This document shows positions 1 to 12,610 of a stretch of DNA of 64,000 nucleotides, one piece after another. The stretch lies in assembly GCF_009914755.1 (NCBI RefSeq), contig NC_060926.1, one strand, 5' to 3'. This DNA is from the human T2T-CHM13v2.0 reference genome, Homo sapiens. A program made the position numbers and the translations under genes. The notes beneath the pieces were generated by a model. That model saw only the letters and a list, made by a program, of their open reading frames with translations, was not told the DNA's origin and made no database searches. The number at the start of each line of letters is the position of its first letter. Within the stretch, counting starts at the first letter, position 1.

Positions 1-276
1 ATGATAATACCATATTTTTACTGTACCTTTTCTTATTTAGATATATTTAGATATACAAATACTACTGTGTTGCAAGTGCCTACAGTATCTAGTACAGTAA
101 CATGCTGTACAGGTTTGTAGCCTAGGAGTAACAGACTATATCATACAGTAGCATAGGTGTTTAGTAGGCTCTACGGTTGAGGTTTATGTAAATACACTCT
201 ACGATGTTCACACAATGACAGAAGTCACCTAATGACATATCCCGGGAACAAATCTTTGTTGGTAAGTAATGCATGA

Positions 277-279
<3 letters not shown>
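1..279 (+). mobile_element. Tigger3/MER7-type (TcMar-Tigger) DNA transposon, 3' end
   Basis: 'cagtaacatgctgtacaggtttgtagcctaggag...gcatgact' matches the recalled Tigger3 (Golem) terminus. Confidence 0.75.
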
Positions 280-321
<42 letters not shown>

Positions 322-339
322 TGGTGTGTGTGTTGTGTG
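280..339. repeat. (TG)n microsatellite
   Basis: direct inspection. Confidence 0.98.
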
Positions 340-1899
340 CATGCGTGTTTTAAATTCAGGAAATGTGAGCTCTGCAAACCTGGTGGACAAATTCCTATAA
401 AGGAGGCCCACCAGGCATTTTGTGCCACTTTGCCCCCTGTGCCCTGTATCCAAGAAAAGTCCATAAGAACAAGTCTCCCCTCACCACTGCAACTCCTACT
501 CCTTGGCAAATGCTTGATTGTCAGAGTTTTCCAAACCCACATCAGCTCTTGAAAGAAGGAAGCTTAAGGCAGGTGGGGGAAATCTGGGGGATACTGGAAG
601 CCCTCCAGACTAGGCACAGATTCTGCTGCCTCACTTTTTAATGGTGAGCAGGGACAGGTGACCCCAACCTTCAGCTCTCCTCTCTAAAGCCCTGAAAATT
701 CCTCTTGGCCTTCCTGAACTCTCCAGGGCTCTACTCTGGCCATGAACCAACAGACTGTCTCTCCACTAAGCCCTCACCAGCAACCCCTGGGCTTCATTTG
801 TTCCAGCCAGAGCTGGAGGAAGGACAAGGTCCTTTTCTGCTCTGCATGATATGAGGTCTGCATTACCAGCCCAACCTACACCAGGAAATTAATAAAAGGA
901 CTCAGATGTGGGATTGTGATCCAGACTCCAGGGATAAAGATGCCCCTTCTTCCAGGGAACAATGGTGATTGGAGGAAAGAAAATCCAGAAGTGTACAAGT
1001 TGCTCTTCATACTTCCTGGCAGCCTTCTAGAACATATTGTGAATTACTCTTAGGTAATGTCATGAAGGACACAGAGCTTGCACCCTTGAGCCAAATGGTA
1101 ATGTACTGCACACACCTCAAGTGCAATTCATCACCCCTTGGGCTGAAGAGGCCACATGGTGATGGTTTTAATTAATGTCCCCTGAAGGCCTGGAGACCTC
1201 TGGCTGATTCCAATAGTGATGCCCCGCCCTGGAGCCTCTCAGGACACCACATCCATACAGGCTTATTCCTAGGAGGAAAAGTTGCAAACGGAGTTTCTTA
1301 GGTCTGGAGACATCTCAGTCACTATATAAATCCTCTCCTAGGGCCACTGACCAGGACCATGCCTTATGCCTTAAAAGATCCCAGGAAGCTTATTTATAAT
1401 CATTCCAAATGCCTGAGAGATTGATAACTCAGGCCCATTAACCTTGGAAAACCCTCCAAAATGTCTAAACTAAATCCCTACAACTACTACCAAAATCTAC
1501 TTTCTCATATCCTTCAAACACTTCCTTGGCTCCTGACCCTTTGGCCGGAGGATTAATTCCAAGCTGCCCCTAACACTTCATAGAAAGTCCGTCATGATCT
1601 GTACCCAATCTACAATCTTAAACTCAATTCTTATTACACCTACTTGTGTCCTCGGTGCCACAGCCACACTAAGCTGATCATTAGTCTCCAACCACACGCT
1701 GCACGTGACCCACACTGATCTTCCCCTCACCTTCTACATGGCTACCACACCCAACTCCACTCTACTGCCTTCTAAGGAACTAGCTCAATTGCCACTTGGG
1801 TCCATGAAGCATTCCACTCTAAGTCAGAATTAACAGCTACTACTTTTGTCTTGCCATGGAAGGAAATATGAACTTAGAGAGCAAGTCAGGACAAAACCT

Positions 1900-2110
1900 C
1901 ATTCATTAGTTTATTCATAAACATCTACTGAGCTGCTAGAGTATTCCAAGCCCCCAGCACTTTGCTAAGAACTGTCACTCTAAAAAACTGAATAAGACAC
2001 GGTTGGACCTTCCAGCTGCCCGTAGTCTAACAGGACAGTCAGATAAAATAACACAAGCCACAGTAAAACATGATGCTTGCTCTAGTGGACATGTAAATAT
2101 CATGCTGGGG
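1900..2110 (-). mobile_element. L2 LINE 3' fragment
   Basis: 'cattcattagtttattcataaacatctactgagc' is the reverse complement of the L2 3' tail. Confidence 0.6.
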
Positions 2111-2779
2111 CAGAGGGAGCACCAGGACAAAGGATATATGTGCCCAACAAGTAAGCTAATTCAGACCCAAGCTAATTCTTGCTGCTGAAGAAACATCAGC
2201 AACCACAGGAAAGGGCCTTGGGAACTATGTGACTGATATATGGAAAAAATCAGCCTCGTTGGAGATAAACTCAGCAGTTATGTGGACTCTGCTGCCTCAG
2301 AAATCTCTTGGGGGTACTCCTAGCATGATGAACAAAGAATTCTCAAATGAAATCAGACCAGGCCTTCTTCAGTGGGTAGGAAAATATGAAACAGAATTTA
2401 AGAGTCCACTTCCAAGTTCCAGTCAACTCAATTGAATTCAAGAAACAATTCCTGGGCCCCACTGAGTGGACCTATGTGGTCATCCCCCTGTATCAACCAA
2501 GCTCAACCCTTGAAGACAAGGCCCTAATTCCAGAAAGCCAAAGTTAATCCCAGGAGGGCTGCTCCTAGAGAACTTCCTCTAGCCCCCTGCATGGGACTTT
2601 CTGCATTCTCAACTTTCCCCACCGGACTGTCAACTCTTAAGAAGGCAGGGACTGCATGGACCTGGTTCATTGACTTTCAGATTTCCAGCCCTGGAACTCC
2701 ACATGTAAGTGAAATCTTACTTGGAATCACAAATGCCTGAAACTGAGCAAAACAAAGCTTGCTTTGAGAAGACCAGGAC

Positions 2780-3262
2780 CTTTATTCATTTCTCATTGCT
2801 GCTATAACAAATCACTGCAATGTTAGTAGCTTAAAACAAGTCACTAACCTCTGGAAGTTAGAAGTCCAATGCAGGTCTCCTTGGGCCAAAATCAAGGTGC
2901 GAACAGGGCTGTATTTCTTTTTGGGAGCCCCAGGGGAGAATCCATTTTCTTGTCTTTTCTAGCTTGTGTTCATGTGTCTTGGCTTTTGCCTCTTCTTCGT
3001 GTTCAAAGCCTATGACATTGCCTCTCCCTGACCATTTTTCCATAGGCACATCTTCCTCTCTGAATTTCCTCTTCTGCCTCTCTCTTCTACTTTTAAGGAT
3101 ACTTGTGATTATTTTGGACCCAACTCATCCAAGTTAATCTCCCTGCTTTCAGGTCAGCTGATTCATGATCTTAATTCCTTCTTTGCCCTATAACCCAACA
3201 TAGTCACAGGTTCCAGGGATTAGGGCATACATAAGACATCTTTGGGGGCCATTATTATGCTG
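2780..3262 (-). mobile_element. MLT1-family MaLR LTR
   Basis: 'ttgctgctataacaaatcac...gcttaaaacaa' and 'ttccagggattagggcatacataagacatctttgggggccattatt' are typical MLT1 segments. Confidence 0.8.
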
Positions 3263-3479
3263 CTGCATCTACTGCCACATCCTTCCCTTTGAAGCTGGCT
3301 TTCCCAGGACATAGAGAGGAATGGGCAGAAGAACCTATACTGGACTGGAATGGAGCTTCCTAGTGGACAGAGAACTGCAGGAAATAAGGGTCTATGGGAG
3401 AAGGCATGTTCTGGGCAGGACCTCCTCACCTCTAAGACTCCCTCCTCCTTACATCCAGACTAAGAGCTGTGTGAAGGCA

Positions 3480-3972
3480 GGGTCTGATTGGTATTCATTT
3501 CCGGATTCCCTTCCTTTTCTTTCTCTGGCCATTGAAGCATGCTTACCTTAGAGCAGGACAGACCAGAACTGTCAGAGAATTAACACCTTTGCGAGCAGCC
3601 CTCAGCCAATGACAAGACAGAAGTCAATGGCTTCCAGCCTCTTTGCCCCTCAGTGGGAAAATTCTAATGGAAGTGATTGAGCCTGGTTCCCCACAGCAGT
3701 AATCTTAGTCACTCACACAACAAGGGTCACCAGTTTGTCCCAGTCTGTACACGACTTTTCCCATTTAGCACTGGAAGTCCCATGTCCCAGGGAACCTCTC
3801 AGTCCCCAGCAAATGGGGTGGTTGGTCATCCTAAATACAGTCTTTCTTCCTTCCCTTCCCCATCTCATTTTCCCAGTCCCCAGTAGTGCTTCCTGGTATC
3901 ATCCTCAAATAAACAACTTGTACCCAAACCCTTATCTCAGAGTTTACTTCTGGGAACAGCCGAACTCAAACA
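3480..3972 (+). mobile_element. LTR16-family ERVL LTR
   Basis: 'cagccctcagccaatgac' and terminal 'aaataaacaacttg...tctcagagtttacttctgggaac...aaaca'. Confidence 0.65.
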
Positions 3973-5226
3973 AGCCCTGTGGTCCAGTTTGTGTCCAATT
4001 GGCAGGGCTGGTGCACTGTAACCACGCATGTTGTGTACCCCAAAACTCTAGGGGGTGCCATTCACATAATCTATGACGAGAACAATCGCCCTAGTGGAGT
4101 GCATTGCAGGCCCTCACAACAGCTGGTATCTCTGGCTGGGCCCTCTGTCAATTTATTCTAGGATGAAATTCTCCTTTCCTCACCTCCCACCACACGGAAA
4201 AAGAAAAGGCACACATTATCAAAGAAAAATCTTCCCATAAAAATGGAGCAGGCTTAATCCTCTCCTGCCCTTCTTCTCGTCGCCCTTGCCCTGCCTTGCC
4301 CTTTTCCAGATGTCTCCATTTAGTCATGGTGAGAGCTGAGCAGCGGACAAACAGCATGGCTGCCTGAACACCCTTCACAATCGATTGAGCTGTGGCAGCT
4401 GGGCTTGCCCCCAGATGAGGGGAGCTCTGTGCAGACGGCGATTATGCATGGGGAACCAGAGAGCCTTAGGGACCAGGCAGCAATGACAGTGTCTCTGTGA
4501 CCCTCACTTCACTGCAATTAGCAGCCCTGAAAATTAGTAAGGGCTCTCTGAGCTTTAACCTGCCTCCCACAGACACCAGCTCAGCCTCACCTGGGGAGAC
4601 AGCCCACCCGAGGGATGGGAGGCAGTGCTAGCAGTGGACATCTGGACACCCCTAATGAGGCCAGCCCAGGATGGGAGCTCAGCTAATTGCTCAAATCGGC
4701 CGTGATGTCTGGCTTCCAGCTGCCTTGTCTGGCAGCACCATTTGGATGTCTTGAGTTTACTGTGAGGTTGGGACTGAGAGACCCTGAGGAATGGGGAATG
4801 TCAGCTGGGGTTCATGCTGAAGCAATTAAGAGGACATTTGTTGCAGGTGAAGAATGGCGGGACAGTAAAATAAAAATATCACAGCTTGCTGTCATCTTAC
4901 CAGGAAATCCATAGTCTCCAGCCACGACAGGTTATTCCAGGAATACCGAGCATGTGATGTGTGGCTGCAGAAGCAGCACACGAAGGCTAGAAAATGTCCT
5001 GGGACCTGGAAGAACCAGATCAGGGCTCTTCCTAGCATTCCTTATCTCACCCTTCCTGAAAAACGGGAGAACTGTTCCTTCCTACCCTACTCCCAGACTC
5101 AATTTACCCTGAAGCTAAGGAAGTACAGGCTTCAGGGCCCCTCATTTGCATAGGCCAGTTTCAAGACCCTGGAAAAAGTCCTAGCAATGTTTTACCAGGT
5201 GGACTTTTTTTTTTTTTTTTTGGCAA

Positions 5227-5259
<33 letters not shown>

Positions 5260-5901
5260 CTATTTTAACCAGAATCAGTTAAGACCATTGTCTTTTTCCA
5301 CTCTGAATTCTCTTCTGTCCCTTATTATCAAGTAATGTTGGTATTTGTGTGATTTAGCTAAAAAGTGTTGAATCTAGGGTATATTTAGTTTGGGCTTAGT
5401 GGGATATATTTATAGGGTTTGGTTTCTTCTATTTATAGTTCAAGCCGTCCCCGTGTAAGAATGACTTCTAGAAATAGTCCTGCTACCCATTGTACTGATT
5501 CATCCAGTGTCTGGAATAAAGATGCCAGGCCAGAGGGCCTATTGTGACTTAAATGTGTCCCACTGCATGAGACTGGAAGTGTCTGCACAATGTAGAAGAA
5601 CCAAACTTTGAAATATAAGGAGCCAGATGCTAGTATGGCAAAAACTGTTCAGTTTCAGAAGAATAGAATTATAAGTGGAGGATTTGGTTCTGATCAACAC
5701 TTAGGCAAAACGGAAGGTTCTTATACCAAGAATATACTTGATAACTCAATGTATGCAATTATAAACATGCTGTACAATGAAATTATTTTTTATAAGTTTC
5801 TACATGAAATCAAGAGATTACTCGGACATCAACAAGGAAGCTGTAACAACAACAACAAAAAAACTGATCATTCCAAAAGCAATAATTCATTAAAAGAGAT
5901 A

Positions 5902-6060
5902 CAGGCACAGTGCCTCATACCTGTAATCCCAGCACTTTGGGACACTGACGCAGAAGGATCACTAGAAGCCAGAAGTTTGAGATTATAGTGAGTGACGATT
6001 GCGCCACTGCACTCCAGCCTGGGCAACAAAGCAAAACCTCACCTCTTAAAAACTTTTTTC
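5902..6060 (+). mobile_element. Alu monomer (FLAM/AluJ-like)
   Basis: 'ggcacagtgcctcatacctgtaatcccagcactttggg...ccactgcactccagcctgggcaaca'. Confidence 0.85.
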
Positions 6061-6289
6061 TAAAAAAAGAGATACATTTTAAATAAGAGTAGTGAATAGA
6101 CTCTTTAATTCTTTGGTAATTCAATTTAAAATGAGAAGAAAACTATATAAACATTGGAAAAAAGAGTCTAATTTCTTGCTGACAGTACTGTCACTGGAAA
6201 ATAAACTCACAAGATACAAGGCCATGAAGGACAAATTGGAAATGAGTGCAATCACTTCAAGGGGTGTTGACAATTAGTTACTGCCCAAG

Positions 6290-7680
6290 AAAGCTTAATC
6301 AACAACAACAAAAATCAACTTGATTAAAAAATGGGCAAAGGTCATTATCCTAAGTGAACTAACACAAAAACAGAAAACCAAATACCACATGTTCTCACTT
6401 ATAAGTGGGGACTGAACATTGAGTACATATGGACACAAAGACAACAAACACCAGGGCCTACTTGAGGGTGCAGGGAGGAAGGAGAGAGGATCGAAAAACT
6501 GCCCATTGAATACTACGATTATTATCTGGGTTATGAAATCATCTGTACACCAAACCCCTGTGACATGCAACTTACCCATATAACAAACCTGTACATTTAC
6601 CCCAAACTTAAAAGTTAAAAATAAAGAAATGAATAAACAATGGGCAAATGACTTGAATAGGCATTTCTCCAAAGAAGATATACATATATAAATGGCCAAT
6701 GAGCACATGAAATGATGCTTAACATCATTAATTATTAGGGAAATGCAAATCAAATAACAATGAAACACCACCTATACCCATTCAGATGGCTACTATCAAA
6801 AAAAGAAGAGAGAAGAAAAGAAGGGAGGGAAGGAAAGAAGGAGGGAGGAAGGGGGGAGGAAGAAAGGAAGGAAGGAAGGAAATAAGGGAGAGAGAGAGGA
6901 AAGGAGAAGGAAGGGAAGACGGAAGGAAAGGAAGGAGGAAGGAAGGAAGGAAGGAGAGAGAAAAGAGGAAGAAAAAGAAAGCAAAAGAGAAAAGAAAAGA
7001 ACAAGTATTGGCAACGATGTGGAGAAATTGGAACCCTTGTGCACTGTTGGGAATGCAAAATGGTGCAGCTGCTATTAAAAAAAAAACAGTAAGGTGATTT
7101 CTCAAAAAATTAAATACAGAATCACCATATGATCCAGCCATTCCATTTCTGGGTATATACCCCCAAAAATCAAAAGCAGGGTCTCAAACAGTTATTTGTA
7201 CACCTATGTTCATAGCATCATTATTCAACATAGCCAGAAGGTGGAAGTAACCCAAGTATCCATCTACGGAGGAATCCATAAGCATATCATGGTACATACA
7301 TTCAATGGAATATTAGTATTAAAAAGGAAGGGAATTCTGACACATGCTACAACATGAGTAAACCTTAAGAACAGTATGCTAACTGAAATAAGCAAAAAGG
7401 CAAATCCTGTATGATTTCACTTACATATTATATCTAGGGTAGTCTAATAGAGACTTAAAGTAAAATGATGGTTACCAGGGGCCGGTGGGGAGGGGAATGG
7501 AAAGTTGTTTAATGAGTATAGAGTTTTCAGTTAGACAAGATGAAAAGAGTTCTAGAGATTGGTTGTACTGAATGCCACTAAATATACTGAATGCTACTAA
7601 ATTGTATGCAAAAATGGTTAAGATGATAAATCTTATGTGTATTTTGCAATTAAAAATGTTTTAATCTCAAAAAAAAAGAA
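6290..7680 (+). mobile_element. Old L1 (L1MB-like) 3' end with a nested younger L1 3' end (6340-6638)
   Basis: L1 ORF2 C-terminal/3'UTR motifs; nested piece flanked by duplicated 'aatgggcaaa' (6330 and 6639). Confidence 0.85.
6800..7000. repeat. GA-rich (GGAA)n low-complexity tract
   Basis: direct inspection. Confidence 0.95.
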
Positions 7681-8392
7681 AACTTGAAATGCCTTAAATC
7701 TTAAAATTCAGATATGAGAGAAAAGCGATTTAAGATGTTCCCAAATGTAGGATTTGACAATCAAAAATTCATGACACTGTCAATAACAAGTTACAGAACT
7801 GACAGGAAATATACTAAGTTATCAGTCTTTTTTTAAAAAAAGCAAATTTCAATCAGCATAGAGAAAAGACTGAATTATCTTTGTTCTCACTATGGAAAAT
7901 CTTAACAAATTATTAATATATGAAAAAGCGATCAAAAAAGTATGCAGCCAAAAATGTAGAGAAAAAGCATTATAGAAGTAGTCCATTAATTAATTAATTA
8001 AAGCATAAATGTTATTTTCTGGATTCTGTGATGCTTGTGGTATTTTGTCATTTTTGTTGTGATTTCTTTTTCCCTTCTAGTTTAAATGCTCCTTTTTGTA
8101 TAAAATTCCATATTCTTTTTCTTAACAAAGTCTCCTAATTGTATGAGCATAAGGCCCCCAGAACCTGGGTGTGTACCATCTTATGCCCATCTTTCAACAC
8201 AGCAATTCTCTTGGGGACACTTGAGCTTTTATCTGAATCTATTCCCAACAGAAACTGAGGCCAAAGGAATCACATGGCTGTGTCACTGCCTGTATGGTCT
8301 TGAGCTTTTGCAGTCACAAGCTGGGCCTAAGCTTTTGTGGTCACAAGCTGGGCCTCAGTTTCTCGATCTTGAAATGGGGAACATTTTCTTGA

Positions 8393-8798
<406 letters not shown>

Positions 8799-9239
8799 TG
8801 AATAAACCAATTCTTATTGAAGAATTTACCTCACACATCTAAATTTTTTCAAGGTGCCTTGTCCCACTGAACTACCCATCTACGTTTGGTAATCGGGGTT
8901 GTCATGGCAAAGGCCGCAGGACAACAACTAAGTATCAGGAAAACGTGAAGGGAGCCCAGGCTAACCTGGATCCATTGAATAAGAGACACCCATTTGGGAT
9001 CTGTCAGACAGGGAGAACGTGTAGGGGTTCTTGGGGGCTTACTGGTCTGGAGAATGGTCAGAAGAAATTTGAATCAAGAGTCATCAAGCTGAAATCCCTC
9101 TCCTAGATCTTTCTCCTTGATAAGGCAAAGCAGTAGATTATAAACCCAACAGACTGTTGCAGAGCATAAACCCAACAGACTGTTGCAGAGCTTGAGTATA
9201 AGATAATGACTCTCAGGAGATAAAAGGAAAGAGTAGAGA

Positions 9240-9830
9240 GAATTTCACTCATTTAAGACTGATAGACTGGGTATGGAGATAAGAACAAAAGTTGAATCAA
9301 GAATGATTCCTAGATTTCGGACTCAGGCAACTGGATCAAAGGAAATGCTATTTACTGAGATAATGAAGGCTGAGGGAGAAACAGGGCAGAAGGCACAGGG
9401 AACATCAAGTTCCTTTTCACACAAGTTCAAGTTGAGAAACTTGTAAGATATCCAGATACAGATGTCAAGTAGACTGTTGGTTATATAAGCCTGGAGCTCA
9501 AACAAGAGGTCCGGTTTCAAGTTATAAAATTGAGAGTCATCAGAAAAAAAAGGTGAAGTTAAGCCCATGAGAATAAATCAAATCATTCAGAGAGAAAGAA
9601 AAGCAGGGAAGGGGAGGAAAGGAGACTGGGGGACGCAGAGGGTAGAGGAAACTAGCTCTAGAGAATCCAAGCATTTAGAAAGCAAGTGAAAATATTGGCA
9701 AAACAGAAGTGGCCAAAGCAGGAGGAGGAGAACCAGGAGAGAGTGTTACCTTGGAATCTAGGAGAAGAAAATGACTTAAAAAAGGAACAAAATGGTCCTC
9801 TATGCCAAGTGCTGCTGAGATGTAAATCCG
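9240..9830 (-). mobile_element. L2 LINE fragment
   Basis: 'atttactgagat...gagaaacttgtaagatatcca...gatgtcaagtagactgttgg' is a typical L2 minus-strand segment. Confidence 0.7.
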
Positions 9831-10332
9831 AGTTTTTGCCTCTGTGTTATATCAGATGACTTATGTGGAGAAAGATTCACTGGTCAGGGTCAAAGGGAGT
9901 TGCCCAAGAATCAGCAGGGAAGTTGGTCAGAAAAGTTGTTCTGACCCCCACTGAAAAGGAGGCCACTGAGCTGCCCAGAGAGTGGACACGCACTCGTGCA
10001 TCTATCCTCAGGTAGACAAGAGGCCAGTAAAGTTGTAGCAAAGTCAAGACAGATCTGCCCTAAAGCAGTTCTTATTATCAGTTCAGAGGGCCGAGAAACT
10101 TTGTCAGAGAATCCAACATCCATCATAAGCTGGCCTCAGGCAAAGTCCACTTGAATCAGTGATTAGAGAAGTGAACGAAGATTCCCCAAACCAGGAATTT
10201 CCTATCGTGTTCCATTCTTGTTTCACTGTGGAGTTCAACACCAGTCATATCCAATGACTTTTTTTCACTTCCTCATTGTCAATGGAAAGAGGGATACTGC
10301 ATCAAAGAGCAGCATTCTCTCGATGGCGTTTC

Positions 10333-10568
10333 ACCACAGGGTGCTGAACCACCGCCAGCCAGCTAGCACCAGCTTCCGTCAGCTCACATCAGCTCAGAGA
10401 TCTGATCATGTGCATGTCTTCCCAACTTCATGCTCAGTGACTTCATGTTAATAGCTTAAAATTGACCATAGTGGGAGTATTTACAACATGAAAATCAGCA
10501 AACACTATGAATCAGGGCTCCCCACCCCACAGAGAACCAGTTGTTAAATATTTCCAGCACACTACTGG
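10333..10568 (-). mobile_element. MER63-like hAT-Blackjack element
   Basis: 'ccatagtgggagtatttacaacatgaaaatcagcaaa...ccagcacactactg'. Confidence 0.7.
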
Positions 10569-12439
10569 ATAGTGACCTGCAGGATAGAGCATGTTAGGGC
10601 AAAAGAAGAAAAAAAAAAAGTTAAGATCAAATACTTTTAGGAAACATAACTTACCTCTCTTGGAAATTCCCTATGCACATTAGTATATTAAAGACTCAGA
10701 GAAGTCTTTCTATCAAGAAATCTATTTATCTTTTGTTTATAACAAAGAGTTTCCCAAACTTATTTGGCCACAGAACCCCCTTTTGTGCAATATCTATCTA
10801 TCATCTGAAGTTTATGCTGCTTTGGACTTTTCTTTTTTAAATAAAACTAAGCTGTTAGCATTGAAATAGAGATAGAAATTGGCCATAATAGTTCTGCTGT
10901 TCATTCCCATGGCTATTTCAAGAGGTGTGTAGATGACGAATGTTTGCAGCCATTCTTGTGACTGCTAAAAGACCCTTATTATTTATGACTTGAGTTCTGG
11001 GTGGTGATTGCTGTCATTAATAATGACGGCTCAGCCCCAAGGCTGGGGAGATGGCGGATCTGGAGTCTCTCTCACTTAGCCTGACATTCCTGTGATACAG
11101 GAGTTGGGACTGTAAAGCTCAGAGCACTTAGTACCAGCACAGGGAGTGCTTGATTTCAAATTCTTTCCTCATTCAAGAGCAGGCGCTTGGGGGCCCAGGG
11201 CAGGGGTCTTACTCACGCTAACTGTGGAAACCACTGCTGGCTAATAGAGTGAATGGAGGAGTCCTGGGGACCTGGTGGAACAGAACAACTGTGTTCATTA
11301 AGAGAGCCAGGAAGCAGCAATGGAGGTCTTGTCCATCGACAACTTGGCAGGACACAAAGTATTTTACCAAAAGGAATCTCACAGCTGGAAGGAGCAGGTG
11401 CGGGCAGAGCAGAGCCTGTGCAAAACTGGAGAGAGATTAAGGCAGGCAGGAAATTGGATTTTCCCAAGTTCCAAAGGGGAGGGGTGCACCAGGAGGAGAA
11501 AGGAGAAAGAGAGACAGAGAGGCTGAAATTGATTTAGGACTTGAAATAAATATCCTTAACCAGCAAAGGGGCTGTCGTTCTGCATTTTAACAATTTAACA
11601 GGCAAAAAGCCCCAGCATTCACTGAACCCATGCCTTCAACAGAGGGAGAGATTATCAGTTGCTGAACAGGAAAAACTAAACAGTTTTAACATTCTTCATC
11701 CCCCCAGAAGCAAGACTTGATGTCAGGAAAAAGGCTTTCTGCTGCTAACCCTCTACCTGCCCTTCTTCTCCCTGTTCTCTGGACAACAGGACAGGCTCCC
11801 AGCCCTGGCCCTGGTGGTGACCCCATCCTGCAGCTCTGGGATGATGCTCAGCAAATGGCAGGTTCTCCGAGGACAAAGAAGAAGGGCTGTACCAGAAACT
11901 CACAAGCAGCAAGGCTTTCCTTCCAGAGCAGGGTAAAGTGAGAGGTGGCCACCACATCTCCAGGAAGCTGTGGAGTCTGCCCCTAATCTCAGCAGGTTCA
12001 ACCTGGGCCCATGTTTCCTCACCCTCTACCTCTAATTTCAGCCATTTGAAATTAGTGTTTTACTTTTCTAAGTGTGATTTTAAAAGGAAAAAAAATGGGA
12101 CGTTCAACTAGATATGCGAGTGCAGTAAGTTATATTTTTAAAACCAATACAGAGTCATGAAATCTGAAAACAGAACACACATACATCCCCAGAAAGGCAG
12201 GGTGCTTCATCCATATGCTCATAGATTTATGGGCTGAGAACACACTCCTCACTTGTAAATACTGGGAGGCTCAGGTCAGCTTTTCTCTCCCAGGCATTAG
12301 TCCCTCCAGATGGAACACCACAGTGGATTTTAGAGAAGGGTTAATGTGCTTGCATTCTAAGACAATGGAAATTACATTGGAAAAATTCTTGTTATTATTC
12401 ATATTCAGTCTTTAAACAGTGATTGATGTTCTACAAAGT

Positions 12440-12610
12440 AATTCTCACATGTATTATTGTATTTAGTCCTCAAAATAATCCCATGAGTCAGGTGACATTA
12501 TTATCCTCATTTTCCAGTTGAAGAAACTGAGGCTCAGAGAGCTTGAGGAGTGCAGGACCCAGGTCACACAGCTGGTAAGCAGATCTGTGTGACTCTAAAT
12601 CTCTTGCTCC
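12440..12610 (-). mobile_element. MIR SINE
   Basis: core 'cattttccagttgaagaaactgaggctcagaga...ggtcacacagctggtaag'. Confidence 0.85.

Larger units (their letters stand above)
5090..8175 (+). mobile_element. Arthur1-like hAT-Tip100 DNA transposon, interrupted by Alu monomer and L1 insertions
   Basis: 5' end 'atttaccctgaagctaaggaag...cttcagggcccctcatttgca' and 3' end 'aggcccccagaacctgg'; decayed transposase-like AT-rich interior. Confidence 0.6.

Noticed and set aside
225-552. His/Thr- and Cys/Val-rich ORFs (also at 53417-53632 and 56259-56465)
   Set aside because: Translations of CA/TG microsatellites.
6750-7141. Lys/Arg/Glu-rich and hydrophobic ORFs (also at 35183-35609 and 52069-52293)
   Set aside because: Translations of GA-rich low-complexity tracts.
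9140-9191. 26-bp perfect tandem duplication (also a 30-bp one at 20016-20074)
   Set aside because: Ordinary slippage duplications with no further structure.
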